From: Chiloscyllium plagiosum
Taxonomy: Eukaryota
Assembly: GCF_004010195.1 (NCBI RefSeq)
Contig: NC_057731.1
Location: forward strand, 18,075,088 to 18,138,826
Direction: 5' to 3'
DNA length: 63,739 nt
Shown: one piece after another, positions 35,551 to 49,791 of the stretch
Numbering within the stretch: position 1 is the first letter of the stretch
Layout: each line of letters begins with the position of its first letter
The notes under the pieces: model-generated
The model's input: only the letters and a program-made list of their open reading frames with translations
Told to the model about the DNA's origin: nothing
Database searches by the model: none
Translations under genes and position numbers: made by a program

Positions 35551-38500
35551 ACTAACAAACAGTGCTGCAGTGCTGTTGTTGAGGTAGAAAACATTGATGA
35601 ATCAAACAGAGCAATCTTCCTCTCTACTTCATGTTTTATAGAATCTTTGCTTTTCTCGAATTAAACATGTGAGTTAGAAGCAATCCCCCCTTAACGCAAT
35701 CAGTGGTCCATATGCTCCATTCCTACATCTGTTTTGCCATCCATTGGGATTGAACAGTTTTTTTTCTGATATGAGGTTTTCAGAAATGCAGGGAATGTGT
35801 TTTAGCTCCCGTGTGTGGCCACTTTTAAATGGTTCAATCGCTTTAAATCCAATTTGCAGTTCTTGAAGGGTTGATGGTGCGCTGAACTGTCTACAGCTCA
35901 TTGAACACGCTCAGTGTCAAAAACAATTGAGGCCAAAACCTCAATGTGCCTCAGCACTAAGAAATGAAAACATGCCCATAAACTCTTAAAATATTAAGAA
36001 ATTTAAAAGAAATATGGGTTGCCAGGGACTGAGGGTTACATTCTCTGAATAGAAAAGTAGATTTCTTCTGCTCTCTAAACAAGTGTCTGGTGGGGAATCA
36101 CTGAATCCAGTACATGGGTAAGAATTAACATGTTGGAGGCAGATAAAGACACAGAAGTGGGCATGGTTTTAAAATTTAGTGTGGTGTTCCAAATTGATTT
36201 TGGGGGTATGGGCTTTGTAAACGATATCGAAAACACTTAAAAGTTTTCATCCTGGGAGATATTTGTCATACAAAAGCACTTTATTCAGTTCTATGACCTC
36301 AGAGAGATCACAGAGAGACTGTGAAATGTTGTAAAACCCAGAGCATAAATCGCATTGTTGCGCTTGTTCTGGAATATGAGCATGACTTGCATACGTTGTC
36401 ACATTTCACAGTAAATGTTATTAGGGTGGATTGTATGACCCTACCTCTGGACCCCTTACCTGACTGCCAGTATAATTGAAAGTTGGGGTGTACGTGAAAC
36501 TAAACAGATGGTGTCTCTCACTTCCCTGCCCATCCTTGACCTGTCTCCCACATAAAAGTGGACAGGCAAGGAACCAGGCAGCCAGTCCACCCTCAGGCCT
36601 ATTGAGGCTGTCATGCAGCTAATTAACACTATCCACTGGCCTAATTCCATCTCCAACGCAATTTTTGCCTGTGGCTGGACTAATTGGAGTTGAGGGAGTG
36701 GGAGTGGGTGGCGGCAAGGTAAGTTACCTGGCAACTTTTGCAGTATAGGCTGCTTTTGGACTGACAGGTGGGTGTACCTCATTTATGGGATCCCCTGTGC
36801 CCATTCAGCAGCACCCCCACACCCCTTCCTCTCCCCTCTCCACAAGATAGTATCCCCTCGTTTATTCCTACCCTGAGTTTCTAAAACCTATTCGACCACA
36901 GCCCCAATTTGCTTGCTGACTTACTGATTTTCTTACTTTGAGGTTTCCAAAACTTTGAGGTTTTGTTTTCAATGCAAGACTGATTTTGAAGCTTCTTTCA
37001 AAGCTTTAGATACGAACATAGAAAGGTACATTTTTACTTTGGGATATCATTTAGAATCTCACAGACCAGCATTATGGGTCAACCCACAGCTAGTGGAAGG
37101 CAGCCCACTACCACCTTCTCAAGGGCAAATAGGGATGGGCTATCAATGCTGGCCAGCCAGCAATGCCCAAGTCCCACAAATGAATAAAAGAAAAATAACT
37201 CATGGATTGACGTAGTTTTTAAAGAAATCCTTTACGTTAAAGCATTGCCTGTCCTTAAGACCAGGAATCTGGTTCAGCTTCCATGGATTTTCTGGGCCCT
37301 GTCAAAAATATCAACTAAACTTTTGCTTTGTTGCTGCTAATATACTTAAAGTCACACTCAGCGATTTCCCCAAGCTTGATTGACATGTAAAGATGCTTCT
37401 TTAATGATTTATTGATGATGTATGTGTTGAGGAACTGCGGGGGTTTGAGAGAACAATTCACAAAATGAGAGGCAACGAATCTCTGTCCAGTTATACTAAA
37501 TCTGAAAAATTAATGTAAGGTGTAAGTCAATTCTGATTTTTGAGATGTTGAACCAAGGAGTAATTTACTGAGTATGCACTGGTGGCTGTCAGTACACCAA
37601 AAGATTACAGGTACCCAGTGTACAATCTTCCATACTTTAATTTAGAAATGTTTACATTGGTTTGTTATCATTTTCACGGTAATTTCCTAAGTATTTGTCA
37701 AATAACTTCCTTTCCTCAACAGCCCAGCAGTTGTTAACTGTCTAATCTCTGGCAAGTCATTCTGATATGTATTTGAGTTGCTGCTGGTCCAGGGGGAGCA
37801 TGTGAAGTCATAGTAGTCTTCAGACCGCCTTACCTGTGTTTTGACTCCAGTTCCCAGATTTTGAATTTCAATTCTAATGTTTAAAAGATGCACCCTCAGA
37901 ATTTCAGGCCAACACTTTTAACCATTATTTCATTTTTAACGTCAATTTCTCCTTGGGGATATTACAAGACCGCAGTATAGGACTAATCCATTCGCTGACA
38001 TTTTTGTTATTAAATCATAGAAGTCTCCTGATGGCAGGGGGTCCAAACAGTCTTGAAACTCTGCTTGAAGTTTGCTTTTTTCTCTTATTTGAAGTCTTCA
38101 TTGAACTCGAGTCATTTCATGTCCGTATGTTTGTATGAATTTTCTGTAGTTTTCCCTTGTTGTACCAAATAATGAAAGTGAACTTGCAGTCTAAATATTC
38201 AAAATGTTTCCTCGTGCAAGAATTAAGCAACTGAAACCAAATCACACTTTGGGTTTAGATTCAGGAAGGAAATTACAGTATATTTAATCAGGAATTGTAA
38301 GTGATTGACATTTTGCTTTTTAGAAAAGCCTTGTGATATGCAGATTGTTTTGCACAAAGTTTACTATTTGGAACTCATTACAGCAAGTTGACAATAAAAT
38401 GTGAGATGAAAGTGCCGTTTCTTAGGGAATGCAGCACATGCAAGGTTACAATATAGCAGATTAGTGACATTGATAAAGGATTCATTTACCACAATGCAAA

Positions 38501-40432
38501 GGGTAGAAAAAATGCTAATGCGTTTACTGGCAAAACATCAACTAGCACTTTTTACTCTTACTATAGTTATTGATGATGAATGGCAATTTGACAAACAGGA
38601 GGCACACAAAAAGCCATGGATCATATTTTGCAGCTGCTTTTTAGCTAAGCAAAGATAATGATAATGTTACAAGCCATAAATGTAATTATTCTGAGCTCTA
38701 AAAAAACAAGAAAAGATTATGATTTTGAGCTGGGGTGTGACATAACGGCAGGATTGCAATGACAATAAGCAAGACCAATCTGTACTTGTTAAAATTGATT
38801 GACAGATAATATGTTTCTATCCTTTTTGTTCCAGCTTAGAATAAATAGATTACCAAGGTGAGAAAGGAGGCAGGTTGTTCATTATCGACTCCTCCATTAA
38901 GCATGAAATAAAAATTCTTGCAGACTGCCATCATTAAATCTGTATCATCCCATTAGTATACTCTGACAAAGTGGCATCTTAATGAATTTTGATTTACGTC
39001 AGTCTAGAGAATAAAAAAATACACAGTAAACTGAACTCGAGCTACAAACAAGCTTTCAAAGCATCCTTTGCATCTTGATAACTTACTGAATACGGCATTT
39101 TTGGTATTTCTATTAGTACAATGAATTCTGGGGTTTAACATTTTCACAAATTAAAAGGCTAATTGGAAGTGATGGAAAAACTATTTTATGATAAACAGGA
39201 CCTCATCAATTGTATGAGTCATTTAGATTCTGTTGACTTTTGGAATAAAGTTTATGTGCTCCATTTACCGTGTAGTATTCTATCGAAGTGCTAAACATTT
39301 TGGGAAGAGGTTGCAAAGTTCATTAGCTTATTAGTATGCCGTGCCACATAATTCTGAAAAGTATTTTTGTTCTGCAATTCATCAGAAGGTAAATTCTGAA
39401 TGTTAACAGTGCCATCTGGGATATGTTAAGTCAAGGCAAAAGTCCACCACCAGGAATAGAGAAAAATTAGAAGGTGAATCGCCTTGCACCTCTTTAATTA
39501 GTAAAAGCCTGGCAAGCTGCCCATCTATCATTGGCCACAGAGCAGTGTATGCTGCATGAAAAGCAAAAGTGTGGAAAAATCATTTTCAAAATATATTTGA
39601 ATGTTTAAATTTTAAAATGTGTTTACAATAAGTACATGGACACCGAAGCTGATGTGATATATGAGAGTCAACAGATAATGAAGGATTCCTCTTACCTATG
39701 TTCAGAACTAAGGATGTCTGTTGATCTTCATTTTATAGCTGGAAAAGCAGAGATGGGCATTAAAGCCAACAGAAACTGGGAACTAAATTAAAATATAAAC
39801 CTTTTCTTATCTACACTACTTTCAGTTTTCTCTCTCCCCTTATCTCCCATTAAAGGATTAATTTAAAAAATGCAAATCATGATACTAATTGCTAACCTTT
39901 AATAATGAGCTCAGTGGAAGATACAACTGTTTCCTGCCATGGGTAAGATGGGAAGGTGACTAGAAAGAGAGTAGAATGTAGAAAGCCAGCTAGAAGGCTA
40001 GAGGTAGTTCTGAAATGGTACAGCTAACTCTATCTGGTGCTCAATACTTGCTCAAGAAGGAAGTCGCAACATGGCTGGATGATGATTTAATGTCCAGGTA
40101 CTATTCTAAGATTCAGAAAAGGATTTTGTTGTGATCTTTACAGTTACTAGTGTAGTGCTGCCAATCCTGGAGTTTTGGTCACTTGTCATTTAGTTAGCTG
40201 AAATGTACTGCAAAGGCCTGATAACTATTAGCACACCAATAACAACTCCAAAGACTATAATTATAGATGAGTGATTTTAATATAAAGGTAACAAATTCAA
40301 TTTTAAAGACCACAATGTATATCCTGTTATTGCAAACTACAGAATCTGTTGATAGTACTGGTTTTGCAAATTCATCACCAAAGAACATATCTCCTGTCTT
40401 AGAGAATGTGTCATCCTTAACTCTAGTCATTG

Positions 40433-41540
40433 TCATAGAGTCATACAGCATGGAAACAGACTGGTCCAACCAGTCCATGCTGACCATAATCCAAAAGAGA
40501 CTAGTCCCACCTGCCTGAGCTTGGCCCATATTCCTCCAAACATTTCTTATTCATGAACTTTTAAACAATGTAACTCGACCTGCACCCTCCACTTCCTCTG
40601 GAAGTTCAATTGGTTAAACGTGAAGGAGAGAATTGGCAATGTGGGAAAATGAAAGTTGGTCACTTTATAAGGAGAAGTACAAAAGCGGGATAATATTTAA
40701 ACACGGAAGGACTGCAGAAATCAGTGATACAGAAGAATTTTGATATCCTTGAAATGAATCAAAAAAAGCAAGCATATAGTGCAGCAAATAATAGGCAAAT
40801 GTCGTGTTAGTCGTCATGCAAGGAGCAGTGGATTGTAGAAATAGGAAAGGATTGCTGAAACTGTAGAGAGCATTTGTGAGACCACACTAAGAATATTGCA
40901 TATGATTTTGGTCACCTTCCTTAAGGAGAGTCTTTCTTTCATTGCAAGTGGTTCCAAAAAAGTTCTCTAGGCTGATTTGTGAGATAAAGGGATTGTCTTA
41001 CAAGAAAGGTTGACCAGCTTGGGACATACTGGCTGGAGTTTAAAAGGGCAACAGTTAATCTTATTGAAATATAGAACGTGGCACAGTGACCCAACAGTTA
41101 GCACTGCTGCCTCACAGCACCAGGAACCCGGTGTGGAGTTTGCACATTCTCCCTGCGTCTGCGTGGATTTCCTCTGAATGCACCAATTTCCTCCCACAGT
41201 CCAAAGATGTACAGGTTAGGTGGCTTAGTCATGCTAAATTGCCCATAATGTCCAGGGACGTGCAGGCTAGTTGGATTAGCCCTAGGAATTGCTGGGTTAT
41301 GGGGATAGTGTAGGGACCTGGGTGTGAGTGGGATGCTCTTTGGATGGTTTGTATAGACTCAATGGGCCGAATGGCCTCTTTCTGCCCTGCAGGGACTTTT
41401 ATATCCGATCCTGAGGGGATTTGACAGGGTGGATGCTGGGAGTATGTAGAAGTAGGTGACATGGAGTTTTAAAAAAGGGTATTTTGTTCATGGTAGAGGT
41501 GAGGAGAATTTTTCTATTAGGATCATTAATCTATCGAATA
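40433..41540. mobile_element. CR1 fragments (40433-40610 on minus; 40610-41075 and 41405-41540 on plus)
   Basis: CR1 3' end reverse complement and LYRAFVRPH*EYCI*FWSP motif. Confidence 0.7.
41079..41400 (+). mobile_element. HE1-type V-SINE
   Basis: GGCACAGTGACCCAACAGTTAGCACTGCTGCCTCACAGC head and V-domain. Confidence 0.88.
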
Positions 41541-41570
41541 ACATTCCTGCTTCCTACATTTTTTTTGTTT

Positions 41571-41884
41571 TAGATTAGATTACATTACAGTGTAGAAACA
41601 GGCCCTTCGGCCCAACAAGTCCACACCGACCCGCCGAAGCGAAACCCACCCATACCCCTACATTTACCCCTTACCTAACACTACGGGCAATTTAGCATGG
41701 CCAATTCACCTGACCCTGCACATCTTTTGGACTGTGGGAGGAAACCGGAGCACCCGGAGGAAACCCATGCAGACACGGGGAGAACGTGCAAACTCCACAC
41801 AGTCAGTCGCCTGAGGCGGGAATTGAACCCGGTTCTCAGGCGCTGTGAGGCAGCAGTGCTAACCACTGTGCCACCGTGCCGCCC
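41571..41884 (-). mobile_element. HE1-type V-SINE, full length and young (CpGs retained)
   Basis: GGGCGGCACGGTGGCACAGTGGTTAGCACTGCTGCCTCACAGCGCC...GGGTTCAATTCC...(TCTAA) tail. Confidence 0.95.
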
Positions 41885-42383
41885 AATTTTCCTCTGCACC
41901 GACATCTGAGGCCCATGCACAGCAGCGAAATCTGAAACCTGAAATCTATGCTGGGAGTGGCATTGACACGACAGTCACTGTCCACAGACCCTCGTAGTGG
42001 CCACACAGCTTACAGAATGCTGCTCCAAAGTTCTTTTCCTCAGATAGCAATGGAGGCTATAGCATTGAATGTGTTCAGTATTGTCACATGAAACTGCCAA
42101 GTGTTTAATCTTCCCAGCCCAATGGGTATATGTTGGGCTGCTTTGCAGGATTTATGTTTTCCTGCTGCTGGAAGGTGCCCTCTAATCTATCTACCGAGTC
42201 CAGTCACATGGGGATTTCTGGTAAAACAACACGATTATTCCTTTATCTTATAGCTAACATTAAAGAGAAAGCAAGCATTATTATATCATGAATTAACAGG
42301 CACAGTCTTCCCATGTATATATTAGTCATAGAAATTAAGCACATTTCACCATAACCTTTATTTAGAAGAGTATTATTTGATAG

Positions 42384-42521
<138 letters not shown>

Positions 42522-43694
42522 GCTTCCAAATATAAATTGTATCTTCATTATATGTTTTGGCAGAGGAAAAGGGAGTGTTCATGTAAAATTTTACTTTTGT
42601 TTTAAAAGCACACTTACATAGAATTGCAACATAAGTTTTCTTCACTGAGATTGGCAAGTATTATACAGATTTTCACCAGTAGTGAAATGACATTACATAA
42701 ACTGTAAATGGAACTATTTTGGGAAAGGGATTTTAATTTACTTAGTTCTTCATATTGTACTGTGAAACTGATTAAGACTTTGGAATATATGAACAGGCGT
42801 TAATCAATTAGTCCCTCCAATTAATTCTATCATTCATTTGGAACATGACTGATCACTACACGATTTATCCATCTGTGATTCATTTTCCTTCTTATGCTTG
42901 CTTAATAATAAGCTATTGATCTCAGACTTGAAGATTTCAGTTAACCCAATTTTCATAGTCTTTTGGGAGAGCAGGTTTCACATGTCCATTTGGAAATCTC
43001 AAATTACATATTAAATAATAATGTATTATTGTCTCCCATTATAACCAGTTCTCCTAAAATCGGTGTCTAAAATCCCAATATGTTTATTTTTCTCTGTTAT
43101 ATGCCAAATATTGTAAATGTGATGGAATTTACACAAAGTGCACTTTTATAGGTGACCACAGATCTATTACGAATGTTCCATATGTTGTCTTTGAATTTGT
43201 TTTAAACCTCAGTATTATGGTACAGTATTTTATGAAAGAAATGATGTAGGACAAAATTTACAGTTTAAAAGCACTATTATTTTTGAATATGTGGCCACAA
43301 CGTTTGGAAATTAAGTCAGCACTGGACAGATACATTGGATTTCTGCTCGAATACTAAAACTGAAACTGAAACAACAATCTAAATGTATAACTTTTAAATA
43401 GTTGAAAAGGTATGAATTTTGGTGGAAAAGCTATAAGACTGACACAAAGCACGGAATCTTAAAAGGTCCTGAATGATATTGGCGAATTTTAAAAGAATTG
43501 CACAAGAAGTCCAGCAAGGCCATTCCCATGGGTGGGGGTCAACAAGTTCCACTTTCTAACAGCATTCTGAGCATTGCAATAAGATTCTCAGAAGGGAGTG
43601 GAGAGGTGCCTATTAAGGTGGATTATCACTTATTCTTACCCTCATCATCACCAATTCTCACCCATTAATATGCACGTTCCCATTCTATCTCTGT

Positions 43695-44252
43695 TGACTG
43701 TCTGTGTGGTGTTTGCACATTCTCTCAGTGTCTGTATGGATTTCCATTGGATGCTCCAGTTTCCTCCCACAGTCCAAAGCTGTGCAGGTTAGGTTGATTG
43801 TCCATGCTAAATTGCCCATAGTGTCCAGGAATGTGCAAGTTAAATGGATTAGCCATGGGAAACATGAGGTTACTGAGGTGGAGTGGGTAAGGATGCTCTT
43901 TAGAGGGACAGTGCAGACTCGATGGACCAAATGGCCTCTTACTGCAATGTAGGAATTCTGTGATTCTACCACATCCAGATAGATTCCCAGCATGAAAGTC
44001 AAAGCAGGTATTTTGTTGACTCCAACACACTGTTTCCACCACTGTGTATGCATGGGTTTCCTCCGGGTGCCTCCGATTTCCTCCCACAATCCAAAGATGT
44101 GCAGGTCAGGTGGATTGGCCATGCTAAATTGCCCATAGTGTTAGGTGCATTAGTCAGAGAAAAATGGTTCTGGATGAGTAAATCTTCGGAGGGTCGGTGT
44201 GCACTTGTTGGGCCAAATGGCCTGTTTCCACACTGTAGGAAATCTAATCTAA
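43695..44252 (+). mobile_element. Two 5'-truncated HE1-type SINEs (43695-43967 and 44043-44252)
   Basis: V-domain and tail sequences in both. Confidence 0.85.
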
Positions 44253-44254
44253 TA

Positions 44255-45560
44255 TTGGACAGCCAGCACCAACATCTCAGGGCACACTCCACGGACAGTG
44301 CTGCATATACCCATGTCCACAGCCAAGACATCCAACACAAGACATCCAGCCTGTCTGCACCCTCATGACCCATCTCTGAATCTTTACAGAATGGTTCTAC
44401 TCTTCACTGCTGCACTTTGAAGCATACTAGCCCCTTTCATTGGAAGGTTGCTGCACGTGCGCTATGCTTGGACAGGCAACCAGATCGTGGATTGGATCAG
44501 GCTGCACCTCAGGGTTGCTTACCCTAACTTTGTTGCAGAATCTCGTAGCATTCACTCACCTTGTGCCTATTGCAGCTCTGCCCTGCCCGGCCTTACCTTG
44601 CCATGAGTTGCCTTTCGGTGCTGACTCAAGGACAGGCAGCATGTCATGGGTGTCAGCAGTAAACAGATAAGGGGGTGGATTTCCTACTGTATGTCACCAT
44701 CGCACAGCTGCACCATGTACCAGCAGCTGAAACACTGGTTGGGGATCTACCAAACGACCATGTTTCAAAGTCAGACAGGAATAGTGCTCCATTAGATCAA
44801 AGGAAACCCCCTTCACTCAGGCAGTAAGTCAAGGGCAGGTAATTGGACACACTTTGGTTCCCCTTGGGGCAATCAGAAGCCACTCCAAATTCCGGGTGCA
44901 GTGCTTTGTTGGGCAGCACACCACCCATCATGGCTCATTCTATCCTCCATTAAGTTGTTTTCTACTGCAATGAGAGAAAGGAATGGATTGAGTGAGCTAT
45001 AAGAGGGTGACCCAGCTTTTTCGAGCTGTTAGTGCTGGTGCAGGTGGGGGAGAATTAGGGAGGTGTCCTGATGAGTGAGTAGGAGATGTGGTAACCATGC
45101 AGAGTTAATGGTATAGAGATGGCTGACTGGATGAGAATGATTGAGGGAAGATGTTACACTCAGTTAGGGAAAGTGGCAGAGCATGAGGCTTATTGGGTAG
45201 TGGGTGCAGTAACAGAGATAGAGTGAATGTAAGGTAGCGGGGAGAAGATGGTGGCACTACCCCTTGTAGAGCAGAGGAGGTAATTGACCTTCTTCTGACA
45301 CTGATATTGTTGCTCCACACAGCTGAGACCACACTAATCCAGATGGCTATCTTGAACTGGACAGCAGATTCTTGTCAAGATCAGAGTGGTGTTGTAGTAC
45401 CTACCTCTGCCTGACAGATTCTTGTGTCTATTGTCAGTCCTGGAGGAAGAGGACATTCTTACTCTGCACTGTCCCATCCACCAGGGCCTCCAGGTTCCCC
45501 CTGCGGAAAGTGGATGCCAGCATTCCCTCTCTCCTAGATTTGAGGTCAGAGTGCAACTCT
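44255..45560 (-). mobile_element. PIF/Harbinger DNA transposon remnant (Myb/SANT ORF; possibly HARBI1-like transposase pieces)
   Basis: Minus strand NLEALVDGTVQSKNVLF (about 45440-45500) and IAIWISVVSAVWSN../QCQKKVNYL (about 45280-45355) match Myb/SANT-like helices. Confidence 0.55.
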
Positions 45561-45924
45561 GGACTGCCAGAACTTACTTGGGTGCACATCCCAACAGTGG
45601 TGATTTCTTCTGGTTACGATGATTGGTAGAATCCAGGTAGCATTGGACAAGAGGAGTGCTATAGCATTGGAGTAGGTCATTAATGGTCAAGTGTGGGATG
45701 AGGAAACACACTAGGCCTCACAGAGTAAAACCCTTCATGAAATTAATACTCTGCCAATCTATGTAAGATTGAGCCCGAAGAAAACTGTTTCAGTTTTTTC
45801 TATGTTATCATGTGGACTTTCTATGATCTTCTACAGTGTTCAATTGATTTACATTTAATAAAAATCCTTCATAATATAGATTGAATTTATAATAGGGTTT
45901 TACAACACATTACCATATAACTAT

Positions 45925-48660
45925 GATGTAGGTATTACAGAGACTTAGCTGAGAGACGGACAAGATTGCAACTAGGCTAAAGATGTTTCAGGCATGATAG
46001 AGAGGGATGTAATAGCGTTGTGGGAGTTGCATTACTGATGAGAGAAAATATCACAGCCACATGGAGGGCTTATCCAGTGAGGTCATATGGGTAGAGTTCA
46101 GGAATAGGAAGGGTGCATCACTTTGATGGGACTGTACTACAGGCCTCCCAATAGCTAGCGGGTGATAGAACAACAGATATGTGGACAGATTACTGAAAAA
46201 TATGAAAACAAGAGGGTTGTTTTGGTGGGTGATTTAACTTCCCTCATGTTGACTGGGCCTTGCTTGATGCCAAGGACTTGGATGAGGGAGAATTTTTTCG
46301 GTGTGTCCAGGATGGTTTTTTGAAACAAAATACAAATAATCCAACTAGGGAAGGGAACATATTGGACCTGGTATTAGAGAATGAGCTTGTTCAAGTTTTC
46401 AAAGTTTCAGTGGGGGACCATTTTGGAAACAATGATCATAATTCTGTAAATTTTAAATTACTTACAGATAAGGTTAAGAGTAATCCTTTGGTGAAAGAAT
46501 CAGCTGGGGGAAGGCTAACTACCTTATTAGGCAGGAACTGGGGAATGGAGACTGGGGGTGACTTTTTGAGGGTAAATCCACATCTAGATTGTTGGAATCT
46601 TTTAAATGCCAGTTGATTAGAGATTAGGACCAACGTACTCCTGCAAAAATTAAGGATAAGGATGGCATGGTTCGAGAACCCAAAAGGGATATTGAGTGCT
46701 TAGTCAAAAAGAAAAAGGAGGCATATGTAAGGTTTAGGAAACTGAAGACAGACAGAGCCCTCAAAGAATACAAAGAAACATGTAAGAACTCAAACAATTA
46801 GTTACGGGGGTTAAAAGGGACCATGAAATGTCTTTGGCAAACAAGATTAAGGAAAATTCCAACATGGTTTAAACATATGTAAGTAGCAAGAGAATAGCTA
46901 GGGAAAGGGTGGGTCCACTCAGGGGCAAAGGAGGGAATTTGTGCGTGGAGCTGGAAGAAGTGGGTGAGGTCCTTAAAGAATACTTTGCAACGTTCTACAC
47001 AAAGGAGGAAGTCATGGTGGGTGGTGAGTCTCAAGAGGGGAATGTTGGTATTCTGGAAAATGCCAATCTAAAAAACAAGGAAGCAATAGATGTTTTAAAA
47101 AGCATTAAGGTAGACAAATCCCCAGACCTGATGGGATCTATCCTGGAATGCTGAGGGAGGCAGGTGAAGAAATTGTTGAGGCCTTGTATGAAATCTTTGT
47201 ATCCTCGTTAGTTGCAAGAGAGGTCCGAGAGAATGGGAGAATAGCCAATGTTGTTCCTTTGTTTACGAAGGGCAACAGGGATAATCTAGGAAATTACAGG
47301 CTGGTGAGCCTTATGTGGGTGGTAGGGAAATTTTTGGAGAAGATTCTTAAGGACAGGATTTACTCATGATTGGAAAAATACAAACTTATTAACAATAGGC
47401 AGCATGGCTTTGAGCAGGGAAGATTGTGTCTCACAAACTTGATTGAGTTTTTTGAGGAAGTGACAAGGCAGATTGATGAGGGCACGGAGGGAAATGTTGT
47501 CAATATGGACTTCAGCAAGACCTTTGACAAGGTCCCTCATGGCAGACTGATACAAAAGGTAAAGTCATGTGGTCCACAATAAATTAGTCGAATGGACATA
47601 GAAATGGTATGGTTATAGAAGACATAGAGTAGAGGTTGAAGGGTATTTTTCAGACTGGAGATCTGAGCAGTGATGTTCTGCAGGGAACAGTGCTTTGTCC
47701 CATTGTTGTTTGTAATATATATATAAATGATTTAGGGAAGAATACAAGTGGCCTGATTAGTAAGTTTTCAGATGTCACATAGGTTGGGAGACCTGTGGAT
47801 AGTGAGGAATATTACCAAAGGATGCAGCAGAATGTAGATAAACTGGAGACTTCAACAGAGAAATGAAAGGTGGAGTTTAATCTGGACAAATGCGAGGTGA
47901 TGCATTTTGAAAGTATACAATAAATACCAGAACTCTTAGTAACATCAAACTACACAGGGGTCAAGGGGCACAGGTCCACAGTTCCCTGAAAGTAGCAACA
48001 CGAGTGGATAAGGTCGTCAAGAAAATATATAGCATGCTTGCCTTCATCAGTCATAGACTATAAAAATTGGTAAGTCATGAAGCAGCTGTATAGAACTTTG
48101 GGTTAGGCCATATTTGGAATATTGTGTACAGTTCTGGTCACCACACTACAGTAGGATGTGGAGGCTTTGGAGAGGGTACAGAAATGGTTCACCAGGATGT
48201 TGCCTGTTTTGGAAGATGTTAGCCATGAGGAGAGATTGGACAAACTTGGTTTGTTTTCACTTGAATGTCAAAGGATGAGGGGCAACCTGATAAGTTACAA
48301 CATTAAGAGGCACAAATAGAATGGATAGTCAGAGTCTTTTTCCCAGTGTAGAAATATCAATTGCTAGGGAACATTAGTTTGAGTTAAAAGGGGTAAGTTT
48401 AAATGAGTTGTGAGAGGCATGCTTTTACATAGAGTGGTAAATATCTAGAATGAGCTACCAGAAGGGGTGGTGAAGATGGGTATAGTAGCTATGTTTAAGG
48501 GGTGTTTTGACAGTTAGATGAATAGGCAGGGAATAGAGTGATTTGGATTGTGTAGAGGCAAAAGGTTTTTAGTTTGGAAAGACATTGGTGTGCCAAAGGG
48601 TCCGCTCCTGTGCTATGCTGTTCTTTATTCTTTGTTCTTTTGTTCTTCACTTTTTGTTCT
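45925..48660 (+). mobile_element. CR1/HER1-type LINE, most of ORF2 (APE and RT) plus 3' end, decayed
   Basis: GLYYRPPNS; VGDHFGNNDHN; IANVVPLFTKGNRDNLGNYRLVSL; QHGFEQGRLCLTNLIEFFEEVT; MDFSKTFDKVPHGRL; LEYCVQFWSP; (TTTGTTC)n-like tail. Confidence 0.93.
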
Positions 48661-49791
48661 TTGTATTGTCATTTGCAGGTAAACTGCTCAGATGTAACCA
48701 AATACCAAATTCTACCTAGAAATTAAAATTCACCAAATGTGAATTAGTTCCATTTGCAGTCGCAAAACACAGCAATTGGGTTATCCATTCAGCAATTGTT
48801 ATCCAATAAACAGCAGCAGTCTATAACTAGTTGAAAATGCTAAATGTGAAGTGGCATTAATGAAAACAGACACATGGGGAAAATGAATGACGTATGGTAG
48901 GGTTAAGAGTCTGTAGATTTCCTCATACAACTTCTGTACTATGGAAGGTGCAGAAACTGGTATCTAACGCACTTGTTTCTCGTGATAAACAATTTTGTCC
49001 TGTCACGGTTTTACAGTGGGATGGCCTATATCTAATCAGCATCAGCTTTCAGTTTACTACTGAACATGCTGTGCCCATTTATAAATCACGTGACAAAAAA
49101 ATTAGGCATCTTGCATATACTAGGTCATGGTCTAATATTTGTTGAAGGATTCCTGTGCTAAATTGCACTATCTACCAGCATTTAGTAGATGCTACTAAGT
49201 GCTGCTGCTGACAATTGGGTTAAAAACTCCCTCGGTATTCCACAACAATCCCAATGACAGCTGCCAAAGGCCAATCTTGAATCCTTCTTATCAGGGAGAT
49301 TCAGTTGCAGGCTGGTGGGTGAGTACCAGTGGGGTTCTGTCCTGGTGGCGGTTGGAGGGGCGGGGTTCAAGGGCGGAGGAGCGAGAAGTGGAAGAGATGC
49401 GGTGGAGGGCATCGTCGACCACGTCGGGGGGGAAATTGCAGTCCTTGAAGAAGGAGGCCATCTGGGTTCACCAACACCTTCCACCCCGACCTCAAATTCA
49501 CCTGGACAGTCTCAGATTCCTCCCTCCCCTTCCTCGACCTTTCTATTTCTATCTCAGGCGACAGAATCAACACGGACATCTACTACAAACCAACCGACTC
49601 CCACAGCTACCTGGACTACACCTCCTCCCACCCTGCCCCCTGTAAAAACGCCATCCCATTCTCCCAATCCCTTCGACTCCGCCGCATCTGCTCCCAGGAG
49701 GACCAGATCCAAAAACGTACAACCCAGATGGCCTCCTTCTTCAAAGACCGCAATTTCCCCCCCGACGTGGCCGACGGTGCCCTCCACCGCA

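Noticed and set aside
37687-38190. Minus-strand coding-like stretch with an in-frame TGA (…HEMTRVQ*RLQIREK…), considered as a selenoprotein or pseudo-exon
   Set aside because: Further stops and frameshifts, no recognisable homology, and no SECIS element seen.
42522-43100. DNTT polyadenylation signal
   Set aside because: No canonical AATAAA seen close to the stop, only ATTAAA at about 43010. The 3' end cannot be assigned from sequence alone.
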